Assembly: GCA_026393575.1 (NCBI GenBank)
Contig: JAPKZX010000073.1
Span: forward strand, 4,793-68,792
Reading direction: 5' to 3'
Source of the DNA: Actinomycetota bacterium
GTDB lineage: Bacteria; Actinomycetota; Acidimicrobiia; Acidimicrobiales; Ilumatobacteraceae
Length of the DNA stretch: 64,000 bases
Shown: piece by piece, positions 46,587-56,654 of the stretch
Layout: each line of letters begins with the position of its first letter
Position numbering within the stretch: the stretch's first letter is position 1
The notes under the pieces: model-generated
Seen by the model: only the letters and a program-made list of their open reading frames with translations
Databases searched by the model: none
What the model was told of the DNA's origin: nothing
Made by a program: the position numbers and the translations under genes

Positions 46587-47755
46587 GTTTGCTCGGAGAC
46601 CGCCAACAGTTGGCCTACATCGCATCGCAAGCAGCAGATGCACGCGTCAACGTAGAACTTGAAACCGAGGGAATGACCCTCAACATCGGACCGCAGCACC
46701 CTGCGACTCACGGAACACTTCGCATCATCGCTCGACTCGACGGCGAACAAGTTATTTGGGCAGAGCCATCTGCTGGATACATGCATCGTGGTTACGAGAA
46801 GCTCACCGAGGTTCGTACCTACCCACAGGTCACTGCATTGGTAAACCGCATCGACTGGTTGGGTTCGTTCGCAAACGAAGTGCCATTTATTTTGGCAGCC
46901 GAAAAGTTGATGGGCGTAGAGGCACCATCACGTGCTCAACACATTCGCACCATTCTTTTTGAACTGTCTCGCATCGCAAACGTTTCTTTGTTCCTTGGTG
47001 ACCTTGGTGTGCAGTTGGGTGCAGTAACTCCTGTGTTCTTCGCATTCCGTGATCGTGAATATGTACTGAACCTCATTGAGGCAGCAACTGGTGGACGCTT
47101 CCACCCGAACTTCGACCGCATTGGTGGGTTGAAGGAAGACTTGCCAGCAGGTTTCATTGACGAGACTCGCAACGTCATGAAGAAGTTGCGCACATTCTGC
47201 GATCAGATCGAAGACTTGTTGTTTGGCAATGAAATCTTCCAGTCACGTACACGTGGCATTGGTGTAATTCCGAAAGATGTTGCATTGCAGTACGGCATGT
47301 CCGGTGCAAACTTGCGCGCAAGTGGTGTCGATTGGGATCTTCGCCGCGACCAAAGTCTTCCTATGGCATGGAACAAAGTTGATTGGAAAGTGATTACGCA
47401 TCCCGACGGCGACTCGTTCGCTCGTTGCTGGGTTCGCTTGCAAGAAGTGCGCGAGTCCACACGCATCGTTGACCAACTTCTCGACACCATTCCAGCCGGA
47501 CCTGTCATGGCAAAGGTTCCCAAAATCATCAAGGTTCCTGAAGGCGAAGCATGGGTCTCAACCGAAAATCCACTCGGCGAGATGGGCTATTACGTCGTGT
47601 CACAAGGCGACATGGGTCCATTCCGTGTGAAGATTCGTAGTGCGTCGTTCAACAACATTTCTATTGTGCCGTGGCTATTGAAGGGTGTTTATGTCCCAGA
47701 CATCATCACCATCTTGGCGTCGTTGTATTTCATTCTCGGAGACATTGATCGCTGA
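46583..47755 (+). CDS. nuoD: NADH-quinone oxidoreductase subunit D, second copy
   Basis: NIGPQHPATHGTLRI and C-terminal FILGDIDR. Confidence 0.92.
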   Translation: MSLLGDRQQLAYIASQAADARVNVELETEGMTLNIGPQHPATHGTLRIIARLDGEQVIWAEPSAGYMHRGYEKLTEVRTYPQVTALVNRIDWLGSFANEVPFILAAEKLMGVEAPSRAQHIRTILFELSRIANVSLFLGDLGVQLGAVTPVFFAFRDREYVLNLIEAATGGRFHPNFDRIGGLKEDLPAGFIDETRNVMKKLRTFCDQIEDLLFGNEIFQSRTRGIGVIPKDVALQYGMSGANLRASGVDWDLRRDQSLPMAWNKVDWKVITHPDGDSFARCWVRLQEVRESTRIVDQLLDTIPAGPVMAKVPKIIKVPEGEAWVSTENPLGEMGYYVVSQGDMGPFRVKIRSASFNNISIVPWLLKGVYVPDIITILASLYFILGDIDR

Positions 47756-48813
47756 TGAATGCAGCTGTACTTTCCGCTGACCTTGCCTACTGGGCACAGT
47801 CGTTATTGCGCGTTCTTGGTGGCCTGGTTGCAGTTCTACTGCCAGCAGGAACCATCGTGTACCTGTTCTTGTTCAAGATGATGTCGTTTATGCAGTCTCG
47901 TCTTGGTCCAATGGAAGCTGGTCCGTACGGTTCGATGCAGTTGTTTGCTGAAGTTGGCAAGTGGTTGCAGAAAGAAGACATCTACCCTGCACGGGCAGAC
48001 AGGTTCCTTTTCAAGATTGCGCCGCTCATTGTTTTGGCCAGCACCTTCTTATTGGTAGTGGTGGTGCCGTTCGGACCAGACGCGTGGTTCACCGATTTTG
48101 AAGCAGGCGTCTTCTATATGCTCGCCGTTTCATCTGTTTCAGTTCTTGGCATTTTGATTGCTGGTTGGTCAAGTGCCAACAAGTACTCACTGCTCGGTGG
48201 TCTTCGTGCTGCTGGTCAATTGATCGCTTATGAACTTCCCATGGTGCTCGCAGTCGTTGGTGTTGTCATTCAGGCCGGAACAATGAACATGCAAGGCATC
48301 GTGGTGGCACAAAATGCTGGCTCAATGTTTGGATGGGACGGACTTGGCAACCCATACGTCCTGACGCAGTTCGTTGGTTTTGTGATTTTCATGATTGCCG
48401 TGCAAGCAGAACTCACACAAACACCGTTCGACATGCCAATCGCTGAGTCTGAACTCGTGTCTGGTTACATGACCGAATACTCAGGCTTCCGTTTCCTTAT
48501 TTTCTTCATTGGTGAATTCGCAACTGCTGGCGTGTTCTCCATGATTGCTTCTGTTCTCTTCCTCGGCGGTTGGGCTGTTCCATTCTCTTGGTTCGGTTGG
48601 ACCAACTTGAATGACATCGACAACTGGATGAATGTGGCCGGACCACTCATCTTGTTCACCAAGATGGTTGTGTTGTCTTTCATCATCATGTGGGTGCGTT
48701 TCTCTTTCCCACGTTTCCGTGAAGACCAGTTGCAGCGCTTCGCATGGAAAGTGCTGATTCCAGTTTCACTTGTCAACATCATGCTGACGGCAATCTTCAA
48801 GGTGGCATTCTGA
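47755..48813 (+). CDS. nuoH: NADH-quinone oxidoreductase subunit H, second copy
   Basis: [11 protein letters not shown] and [27 protein letters not shown]. Confidence 0.92.
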   Translation: MNAAVLSADLAYWAQSLLRVLGGLVAVLLPAGTIVYLFLFKMMSFMQSRLGPMEAGPYGSMQLFAEVGKWLQKEDIYPARADRFLFKIAPLIVLASTFLLVVVVPFGPDAWFTDFEAGVFYMLAVSSVSVLGILIAGWSSANKYSLLGGLRAAGQLIAYELPMVLAVVGVVIQAGTMNMQGIVVAQNAGSMFGWDGLGNPYVLTQFVGFVIFMIAVQAELTQTPFDMPIAESELVSGYMTEYSGFRFLIFFIGEFATAGVFSMIASVLFLGGWAVPFSWFGWTNLNDIDNWMNVAGPLILFTKMVVLSFIIMWVRFSFPRFREDQLQRFAWKVLIPVSLVNIMLTAIFKVAF

Positions 48814-49310
48814 TGGCTAAGCCCAAAGTTCCTGGTTTGTTTAAGGGCCTCGGGGTCACTTTCGGTACGTTGATGCGTACAGCAACTGAAGGGTCAAACA
48901 CCATTCAGTATCCGCACGAAAAGGAGACACCTCCTGTTCGTGCGCGCGGTGTTATCGCATTGCATGAAGGCAACTGCACCTCGTGCATGTTGTGTGCACG
49001 TTCATGTCCCGACTGGTGCATCTACATCGAAGGTCATAAAGAGTTGGCACCACCGCGTCGTGCTGGCGGTTCTCCTCGTAAGGTCAACAAACTCGATCGT
49101 TTTGATATAGACTACGCACTCTGCATGTATTGCGGTATCTGTGTAGAGGTGTGTCCGTTCGACGCATTGTTCTGGAGCCCAGAATACGAATACTCAGAAC
49201 CTCGCATCGCCGACCTCTTGCATGACAAGTCAAAACTTGGCGAGTGGATGGAAACTGTTCCTGAAGCACCAGAACTTGAAGCTGGCGCAGATAAGAAGGG
49301 CAAGAAGTAA
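48813..49310 (+). CDS. nuoI: NADH-quinone oxidoreductase subunit I, second copy
   Basis: [12 protein letters not shown] and [15 protein letters not shown] 48813 overlaps the nuoH stop. Confidence 0.9.
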   Translation: MAKPKVPGLFKGLGVTFGTLMRTATEGSNTIQYPHEKETPPVRARGVIALHEGNCTSCMLCARSCPDWCIYIEGHKELAPPRRAGGSPRKVNKLDRFDIDYALCMYCGICVEVCPFDALFWSPEYEYSEPRIADLLHDKSKLGEWMETVPEAPELEAGADKKGKK

Positions 49311-49822
49311 TGATTGCTGCTGACCTTCTTGTCGCTCAAAACATTGGTTTTGCGATCATCGCTGCAATCATGGTGATTGGTGCGCTTCGTGTTGTTACAA
49401 CATCGAACGTCGTACACGCAGCTCTTTGGCTCGTAGTTGTTCTCGCTGGTGCAGCCGCTCAATACGTACTTCTTGCCGCCGAGTTCGTAGCAATCACTCA
49501 AGTACTTGTGTATATCGGTGCTGTGATGGTGCTGTTCCTTTTCGGAACAATGTTGACTCGTGCACGTATTGGCGTTGAGACCGACCTGAACAATAAGAAT
49601 TGGTTCATGGGTGTGCCGGTTGCGGTATTGCTCTTTGCAACACTTGCTATCGCACTCAATGATGGTTTTGGCGATCAACGCTTGCCTTCAGATTCTCCTG
49701 TGGTATCGACTCAACAATTATCTGACCAAATTTTTGGACCGTACTTGTTGCCGTTCTGGGCACTGTCGTTCGTTCTTCTTGCCGCCGTTATCGGAGCCAT
49801 TGTGCTTTCAAGGAGGGACTAA
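49310..49822 (+). CDS. nuoJ: NADH-quinone oxidoreductase subunit J, second copy
   Basis: QVLVYIGAVMVLFLFGTML, in the canonical position. Confidence 0.88.
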   Translation: MIAADLLVAQNIGFAIIAAIMVIGALRVVTTSNVVHAALWLVVVLAGAAAQYVLLAAEFVAITQVLVYIGAVMVLFLFGTMLTRARIGVETDLNNKNWFMGVPVAVLLFATLAIALNDGFGDQRLPSDSPVVSTQQLSDQIFGPYLLPFWALSFVLLAAVIGAIVLSRRD

Positions 49823-49825
49823 GCC

Positions 49826-50125
49826 ATGTTGTTGAATCAGTTCCTTATTCTGGGCGCCGTTTTGTTCTGCATCGGCGTCTACGGAGTCATTGCTCGTAAG
49901 AACGCGGTCATGGTGTTGATGTCAATTGAATTGATTTTGAATTCAGTGAACATCAACTTGTTGGCTTTCTCTTTGCGTAACGGATCTGTCGACGGCCACA
50001 CGTTTGCTCTGTATGTCATTGCAGTCGCAGCCGCCGAAGTCGGAGTCGGACTCGCAATGGTTCTCCTTATGTATCGCAACCGTCGCTCCATCGGACTTGA
50101 CGAACTCTCAGAGATGAAGGGCTGA
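49826..50125 (+). CDS. nuoK: NADH-quinone oxidoreductase subunit K, second copy
   Basis: MSIELILNSVNINLL...AAAEVGVGLAM. Confidence 0.9.
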   Translation: MLLNQFLILGAVLFCIGVYGVIARKNAVMVLMSIELILNSVNINLLAFSLRNGSVDGHTFALYVIAVAAAEVGVGLAMVLLMYRNRRSIGLDELSEMKG

Positions 50126-50129
50126 TCAG

Positions 50130-52556
50130 ATGTTGGCAGCAGCGACCGAAATGACAGAGACAGTGTTGTCGTCTGGTTGGTTCTTAGAGAACGCATGGAT
50201 TATCCCCATCATCCCTGCAATCTCGTTTGCACTCATTATCTTTTTTGGCAAGCGCATGCCGAAAAAAGGCAGCGAGTTCGGTGTCGCTTCCATGTTGGGA
50301 GCCCTTGTATTTTCCGCAGGTGCCGCATACCAGTGGATTCAGCGAGTTAATGGCGCTGCAGAAGGCGCCTACATCGCGCCAATCGTCAAGACATGGACCT
50401 GGTGGCAAAACGATGGTGTCTCGCTAGGTATTGGCCAACATGTTGATGGTCTAACAGTCACCATTCTTCTAGTCGTTGCGTTTATTTCTTCACTTGTACA
50501 GATTTATTCGCTCGAATACCTTCGCGGTGACCGTCGATACACACATTTCTTCGCGTCTCTCACGTTGTTCTCTGCAGGCATGCTCAACATGGTTGTAGCC
50601 GAGAACATGATCCAACTCATCCTTGGTTGGGAAATCATGGGTCTGTGCTCGTTCATGCTTATTGGACATTGGTGGGAAGAGGGCGCAAATAGTCGTGCTG
50701 CACTCAAAGCATTCTTTACGACACGTACTGGCGACATTGGTCTCTTGACCGGTACTGCCGTCTTGTACTTCGCTGCGAACGATTGGACTACAAAGACACT
50801 CGGCGTATCTGGCTTCTCCATTCGTGGTTTGTCATCGTGGGCGCTTTCGGGTGACCCAAGCTCTGCAGCAATCACAGTTGGCGCTGTGGCTTTATTCATT
50901 GCTGCAATCGGCAAGAGCGGCCAGTTCCCGCTCCACACCTGGTTGCCAGACGCGATGGCTGGCCCAACGCCTGTTAGTTCCTTGCTGCACTCAAGCACCA
51001 TGGTTGTTGCTGGCGTGTTCCTGGTTGCTCGCGTGTATCCAGTGTTCTTTGAAGGCCTCGACATTCTTGGGTCAGGTGCCAACTTCATTGTGATCATCGG
51101 TGGCATCACCATTGTCATTGCCGCTCTTCTCGCGTTCGTCCAAACAGACATCAAGAAGGTGTTGGCGTATTCAACTGTGAGTCAGTTGGGATACATGATG
51201 ATGGGACTCGGCGCTGGTGCCTGGTTGCCAGCCGTCTTCCATATCTTTACGCACGCGTTCTTTAAGGCTTGTCTGTTCTTGGGCGCCGGCTCAATCAGTC
51301 ACAGCTCATCGCATCACTCGTTTGAAATGAAGAAAGACATGGGTGGACTACGCAAGTTCATGCCCATCACTTTCACCACATGGATCATCTCAACATTGGC
51401 ATTATGTGGTGTCTTCCCGTTCTCTGGTTTCTTCTCTAAAGACGAAATCATCGACAACGTAGGTCATAACGGTTACAACGTGTTCATGATTGTCGGCCTG
51501 ACGGGTGCGTTCCTCACCGCTGCATATATGACACGCGCGACGTACCTCACCTTCTTTGGTTCGCCACGCGGCGCATCTGCTGGAGAGCATCATGAAGAAG
51601 AAGGTCATGGCGCACACGCAAGTCATGACGATCATGCTCATGACACTCACGGTCACGACGCACATGCAAGCCACGATGATCATGCGTCACATGGTCCTCA
51701 TGAATCTGGTTGGCTGATTACTGCACCTCTCATCATCTTGGCCACCCTTGCGTTGAGTTCTGGTTTCTTGAACGCAGCGCCATTTGGTCACAGCTGGGAG
51801 AACTTCAAGAAGTGGGTAGAACCAAGTGCTGAAGTCATCAACCCAACAGGCATTGCTTATGTCACCGGTGGTGCAGGTGAAGCAAGAATTTCTTCCGACG
51901 AACCAACTGAACCTGTTGTGGGTGAAGAGGCCCAATCCGGTGCGCCTTTGGCTGCAGCGAGTGGTGAAGAAGATCACTCGAGTGAGGAAGGTCATCACAA
52001 ATCTGATTGTGGAACCAAAACTCCAGTAGATGGCGTGTGTGTTGCACCGCAACTTAATCATGCGCCATTCAAATGGTCGAAGGCTGGCTTGTCCATGCTC
52101 ATCGTGTTTGCAGGAATGTTGTCTAGCTGGATCTTGTGTGTTCAGTTGTACGAGCGCAAGAACAAAAAACTCGTTGGTCTCACAGAGCGCAATAAGGCTC
52201 TAGGTGCCGGGTACAAGTTCTTGGTGAACAAGTACTACCTCGACGCTCTATACGAAAACGTGATCGTACGTTCCATCGCGCATCCAATCGCGCGCGGTGC
52301 GTATTGGATCAACCAAAACATTCTCGACGGCATCGTCAACGGCGCAGGTACAAGCGCCAAGACCGTTGCTGGTTGGGTGTATCGCAATGTCGATCAGAAA
52401 TTGGTCGATGGAGCAGTGAATGGTTCGGGTAACGCAGCGCAAGCAGCGGGCGGCGCCCTACAACCTGTTCAGTCCGGAAAAGTCAATATGTATGGGGCGT
52501 TGTTATTCGGCTCAGCCGCCATCGGCGCTCTCATACTCGTCATCATTAATACCTGA
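50130..52556 (+). CDS. nuoL: NADH-quinone oxidoreductase subunit L, second copy, with large His-rich and acidic insertions (808 aa)
   Basis: WEIMGLCSFMLIGHWW and GKSGQFPLHTWLPDAMAGPTPVSSLLHSSTMV. It is about 170 aa longer than the first nuoL. Confidence 0.9.
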   Translation: MLAAATEMTETVLSSGWFLENAWIIPIIPAISFALIIFFGKRMPKKGSEFGVASMLGALVFSAGAAYQWIQRVNGAAEGAYIAPIVKTWTWWQNDGVSLGIGQHVDGLTVTILLVVAFISSLVQIYSLEYLRGDRRYTHFFASLTLFSAGMLNMVVAENMIQLILGWEIMGLCSFMLIGHWWEEGANSRAALKAFFTTRTGDIGLLTGTAVLYFAANDWTTKTLGVSGFSIRGLSSWALSGDPSSAAITVGAVALFIAAIGKSGQFPLHTWLPDAMAGPTPVSSLLHSSTMVVAGVFLVARVYPVFFEGLDILGSGANFIVIIGGITIVIAALLAFVQTDIKKVLAYSTVSQLGYMMMGLGAGAWLPAVFHIFTHAFFKACLFLGAGSISHSSSHHSFEMKKDMGGLRKFMPITFTTWIISTLALCGVFPFSGFFSKDEIIDNVGHNGYNVFMIVGLTGAFLTAAYMTRATYLTFFGSPRGASAGEHHEEEGHGAHASHDDHAHDTHGHDAHASHDDHASHGPHESGWLITAPLIILATLALSSGFLNAAPFGHSWENFKKWVEPSAEVINPTGIAYVTGGAGEARISSDEPTEPVVGEEAQSGAPLAAASGEEDHSSEEGHHKSDCGTKTPVDGVCVAPQLNHAPFKWSKAGLSMLIVFAGMLSSWILCVQLYERKNKKLVGLTERNKALGAGYKFLVNKYYLDALYENVIVRSIAHPIARGAYWINQNILDGIVNGAGTSAKTVAGWVYRNVDQKLVDGAVNGSGNAAQAAGGALQPVQSGKVNMYGALLFGSAAIGALILVIINT

Positions 52557-52570
52557 GGGAGCACATAGGC

Positions 52571-54106
52571 ATGCTTAGCGAACACAACTGGGTGCTATCA
52601 GTCGGCACATTCTTGCCACTGGTGGGAGTCATCATCATGCTTTTTCTGCCGAAGGCAGACGAAGCACTAACTAAAGCAGTGGGCATCATCACAGCAGCGG
52701 CAACGCTTGCTGTCGGTGTGTTTACCTTGATTCAGTTTGACTACGGCCGCGCTGGCGAGATGCAGTTCGTGGCAAACCACGAATGGATCTCTGTCATCAA
52801 GTCGTCGTACTTCATTGGATTAGACGGAATCAGCCTTCCTCTGTATTTCCTCTCGATGGTCATCACTTTGTTGGTCATGATTTACAGCTGGGATCACGTT
52901 CCTTCACCAGGTAATCCAAAAGCATTCTTCATCTTGATGTTGGTATTGCAAACAGGTATGGCCGGAACATTTATTTCCCGTGACCTCATCTTGTTCTTCG
53001 TGTTCTTCGAACTTGTTCTGTTGCCGATGTATTTCATGATTGGTGTTTGGGGTGGCGAAAATCGCCAGTACGCATCACTCAAGTTCTTCTTGTACACCAT
53101 GTTTGGTTCGGCGCTTATGTTGGTGGCCTTCCTTGCGTTGTTCTTCAAGACCGGTGCCGAAAGTTTCTCTATTCCATTCCTCATTGAAAATGGTTTGAAC
53201 ATTTCTCGTACGACCCAGATCTGGATCTTCGGTGGCATGTTTGTTGGCTTCGCGGTCAAGGTGCCAATGTTCCCGTTCCACACTTGGTTGCCTGATGCGC
53301 ACACCCAAGCGCCAACTCAAGGTTCAGTCATCCTGGCTGCCATCTTGTTGAAGTTGGGTACCTACGGTTTTGTACGAATCGCAATTCCGATTCTTCCTGA
53401 AGCAGCAAAAGCATGGGCGCCGTACATCGGTGCTCTTGCAGTGATTGGCATTATCTATGGCGCGCTTGGCTGTCTCGCCCAAACAGATATGAAGCGATTG
53501 ATTGCGTTCTCATCGGTTGCTCACATGGGTTACGTCATGTTGGGTATTTCAACTTTGACCTCGTTCGGTATGAACGCAGCAATGTTTGGAATGGTTGCTC
53601 ACGGTTTGATTACCGGCATGTTGTTCTTTGTTGCAGGTTCTGTGAAAGAGCGTTATCACACACTTGAAATCAAGCGTCTCTCTGGCATGTTGTTACAAAT
53701 ACCAAAACTTGGTTGGATCATGGGCTTCTGTGCGATGGCTTCGCTTGGTCTTCCAGGTCTTGCAGGTTTCTGGGGTGAATTCCCCGCGATTCTCTCTGCA
53801 TATCAACCAGCCGACGGGTTGCCAGTTGAGGTTTTCCGCGCATACATGGTGATTGCTGCAATCGGAACTGTGTTTGCTGCTGGTTATCTGTTGTGGCTGT
53901 TCCAGCGGACTGCATTTGGTGAGCCAACTGCAGAGTTCTCACCAGGTCATGGTCACGACGAAGACATCCATGATGTCAACAAGTTTGAGTGGCTGGCATG
54001 GTCACCTTTGCTTATCGCCATCGTGGTCTTTGGTGTGTACCCACAACTGATGTTCAAAGTTCTCGACCCAGCTGTGGGCGTCACGTTGAAGGCTTTTGGA
54101 GGCTGA
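52571..54106 (+). CDS. nuoM: NADH-quinone oxidoreductase subunit M, second copy
   Basis: KVPMFPFHTWLPDAHTQAPTQGSVILAAILLKLG. Confidence 0.92.
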   Translation: MLSEHNWVLSVGTFLPLVGVIIMLFLPKADEALTKAVGIITAAATLAVGVFTLIQFDYGRAGEMQFVANHEWISVIKSSYFIGLDGISLPLYFLSMVITLLVMIYSWDHVPSPGNPKAFFILMLVLQTGMAGTFISRDLILFFVFFELVLLPMYFMIGVWGGENRQYASLKFFLYTMFGSALMLVAFLALFFKTGAESFSIPFLIENGLNISRTTQIWIFGGMFVGFAVKVPMFPFHTWLPDAHTQAPTQGSVILAAILLKLGTYGFVRIAIPILPEAAKAWAPYIGALAVIGIIYGALGCLAQTDMKRLIAFSSVAHMGYVMLGISTLTSFGMNAAMFGMVAHGLITGMLFFVAGSVKERYHTLEIKRLSGMLLQIPKLGWIMGFCAMASLGLPGLAGFWGEFPAILSAYQPADGLPVEVFRAYMVIAAIGTVFAAGYLLWLFQRTAFGEPTAEFSPGHGHDEDIHDVNKFEWLAWSPLLIAIVVFGVYPQLMFKVLDPAVGVTLKAFGG

Positions 54107-54109
54107 CCC

Positions 54110-55618
54110 GTGCTGAGCACTATCGCTGACGCTGTGTGGTCGGCACCTGTTGTCGACTATCACGCACTTGCGCCCGAGATTGTTCTCGGGGGCGGCATTG
54201 TGCTGCTCTTGCTGTTGGATCTCTTTATTGCAGACGCGAAGAAGTGGATACTGACACCTGTTGCAAGTTTCACCCTCCTTGCTGCTTTCATTCCAGTACT
54301 GACACTGTCGCTCAGTGATGCGGGAGTCCGTTCACTGTTTGATGGCCGCTATGTGGTGGACGATTTCAGTCTTGTACTGAAAGGTTTGTTCCTGCTTGCT
54401 GGTTATGTGGTGGTGTTGTTGTCTGCAGATCACATTCGTGAGGGCGACTACTACCAAGGGGAGTATTGGTTCTTGGTCTTGTCGAGCCTTTTGGGAATGG
54501 TCATGATGGCATCTAGCCGTGACCTCATTTCCATTTTCGTTTCACTCGAGTTCTTGTCGATCCCGGCGTACATGCTGGCCGCCTGGCGTAAGCGTGACAG
54601 CAAAAGCAATGAAGCAGGAATCAAGTACTACTTACTTGGTGTATTTGCGTCGGCCATCATGTTGTACGGCATGTCACTTCTGTACGGCATCACTAACTCC
54701 ACAAAACTTGTAGACATCGGTGCATATCTCGGTTCAGACATGTCTGCGATTCGTGCAGTTGCGGTTCTGTTCGTAGTGATTGGTTTTGCATTCAAGATTT
54801 CAGCAGTTCCTTTCCATACGTGGGCGCCCGACACCTATCAAGGTGCTCCAACTCCTGTCACTGCGTTCTTGTCTGTTGCGTCGAAGACCGCAGGATTCGT
54901 TGCTCTGGTCACTGTTGTGTACGTCGGATTCCCTGGTTCAAACGAAGTGTGGCAGCCAGTGTTCTGGATCCTCTCTGCGCTCACAATGACCGTCGGCAAC
55001 GTCATGGCCCTAAAGCAAACAAACATCGTTCGTATGTTGGCCTATTCGTCAATCGCTCAAGGCGGCTTCATTCTCATGCCGCTTGCGGTGGCAGGTGAAC
55101 AAGGTGTTGCAGAGTCCGCTCTGCGCGCTGTAGTTACATACTTGCTGGTGTATGCAGCAACGAACTTGGGTGTCTTTGCAGTGATCATTGCGGTGTCTCG
55201 CAAAACACGCAGCGGCGAGATTTCTTCGTACGGTGGTCTGTTCTCATACGCACCTGGCCTTGCAACTCTGATGACATTGTTCATGGCGTCACTTGCTGGT
55301 ATTCCACCTCTCGGTGGTTGGTTCGGTAAGTTTGCAGCCTTCCAATCACTTGTCTCTGCACAAAACAATTGGGCGTATGCATTGGCCATTATTGGCGGTG
55401 TGAACTCTGTTGTGGCATTCGGGTACTACGGAAGTATCTTGCGTGAAATGTGGATGCGCCCAGTGCCAGATGGTGATTCATCGCCCGTTCCAATTCAATC
55501 ATCGCTCATTGTTGCTCTAGCAATCACCGGTTCTGCAACGTTGTTGCTCGGTGTCTTGCCAGGAATTGTTATTCACTTCGGTGATCTTGCCGGTCTCGCC
55601 GGTGCCTTCGGCGGCTGA
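54110..55618 (+). CDS. nuoN: NADH-quinone oxidoreductase subunit N, second copy
   Basis: KISAVPFHTWAPDTYQGAPTPVTAFLS. GTG start. Confidence 0.92.
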   Translation: MLSTIADAVWSAPVVDYHALAPEIVLGGGIVLLLLLDLFIADAKKWILTPVASFTLLAAFIPVLTLSLSDAGVRSLFDGRYVVDDFSLVLKGLFLLAGYVVVLLSADHIREGDYYQGEYWFLVLSSLLGMVMMASSRDLISIFVSLEFLSIPAYMLAAWRKRDSKSNEAGIKYYLLGVFASAIMLYGMSLLYGITNSTKLVDIGAYLGSDMSAIRAVAVLFVVIGFAFKISAVPFHTWAPDTYQGAPTPVTAFLSVASKTAGFVALVTVVYVGFPGSNEVWQPVFWILSALTMTVGNVMALKQTNIVRMLAYSSIAQGGFILMPLAVAGEQGVAESALRAVVTYLLVYAATNLGVFAVIIAVSRKTRSGEISSYGGLFSYAPGLATLMTLFMASLAGIPPLGGWFGKFAAFQSLVSAQNNWAYALAIIGGVNSVVAFGYYGSILREMWMRPVPDGDSSPVPIQSSLIVALAITGSATLLLGVLPGIVIHFGDLAGLAGAFGG

Positions 55619-56645
55619 TTCCATACGCGCTGCTATTGCAGCGTCTCAAGGAAGTATTCCGTTTGCGCAGTTCATGGAGAACGCGCTGTACGGGTCTGAC
55701 GGTTTCTATTCCACAACAGGTCGTGCCGGCAGGCGTGGCGACTTCATTACTTCTCCAGAAGTGGGACCATTATTTGGCCATGTCCTGTCGCAAGCAATTG
55801 ATGCAGTGTGGAAACGTTTAGGTGAGCCCACTGATTTTCAAATAGTAGAAGTGGGTGCTGGGCCGGGCACACTCGCGCGTTCAATTCTCGCAGCGAGTCC
55901 ACAGTGTCTAGTCAATGGATCGTACGTAGCTGTTGAAGTAAGTGCCGAACAACGAACATTGCATCCAGAAGGGGTGACATCTACTGATGTCATGCCAAGC
56001 AACATCGCACACGGTGTCATCATTGCCAATGAATTGCTCGACAATCTGCCATTTGATTTATGGGTATATGACGATGGCTGGAGGAATGCTCATGTCATTC
56101 AACAGGGAGATGGTTTCGCAGAGTTATTGATGACCCAAGACGTTCCTGCCTGTTTACCTTCACGCGTTCCACATGGCTCACGCGCACCAGTGCATACGAA
56201 GGCCACTGAATGGCTATCCAATGTTCTCGAAAATCTGTCTTCTGGCAGTGTGTTCGTTATCGATTACTGCACTCCATTAACCGCCGAGGTCGCATCCATG
56301 CCATGGCGTGAATGGTTGCGCACCTACGCGGGTCATGAACGCGGAGTGCACTATTTGCGCAACCCCGGTGAACAAGACATCACAACACAGGTATGCATCG
56401 ACCAACTTGCCGCTGTGCGAGAGCCAGATGCAGTGCGAACGCAATCGCAGTTCTTGCAGTTGTGGGGAATTGATGAACTGGTAGAAGAGGGGAAACAAGT
56501 GTGGACAGAAAATGCTGCGCGGCCCACAGTGGCAGCCATCAAGATGAGAAGCAGAGTTACCGAGGCAGAGGCCCTGCTCGATACGACTGGCCTAGGCAAT
56601 TTCATGGTTCTTGAGTGGTCTATTTCATCTTCAAAAGAGAAGTAG
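55602..56645 (+). CDS. MidA/NDUFAF7-family class I SAM-dependent methyltransferase (DUF185)
   Basis: IPFAQFMENALYGSDGFY...RRGDFITSPEVGPLFGHVL...FQIVEVGAGPGTLARSIL is the hallmark block of the MidA/NDUFAF7 family. The start is uncertain. GTG 55602 overlaps the nuoN end by 17 nt. Confidence 0.8.
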   Translation: MPSAADSIRAAIAASQGSIPFAQFMENALYGSDGFYSTTGRAGRRGDFITSPEVGPLFGHVLSQAIDAVWKRLGEPTDFQIVEVGAGPGTLARSILAASPQCLVNGSYVAVEVSAEQRTLHPEGVTSTDVMPSNIAHGVIIANELLDNLPFDLWVYDDGWRNAHVIQQGDGFAELLMTQDVPACLPSRVPHGSRAPVHTKATEWLSNVLENLSSGSVFVIDYCTPLTAEVASMPWREWLRTYAGHERGVHYLRNPGEQDITTQVCIDQLAAVREPDAVRTQSQFLQLWGIDELVEEGKQVWTENAARPTVAAIKMRSRVTEAEALLDTTGLGNFMVLEWSISSSKEK

Positions 56646-56654
56646 GTTGCAGGT

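Noticed and set aside
50504-51154. 216-aa minus-strand ORF.
   Set aside because: It is antisense to the most conserved part of nuoL2.
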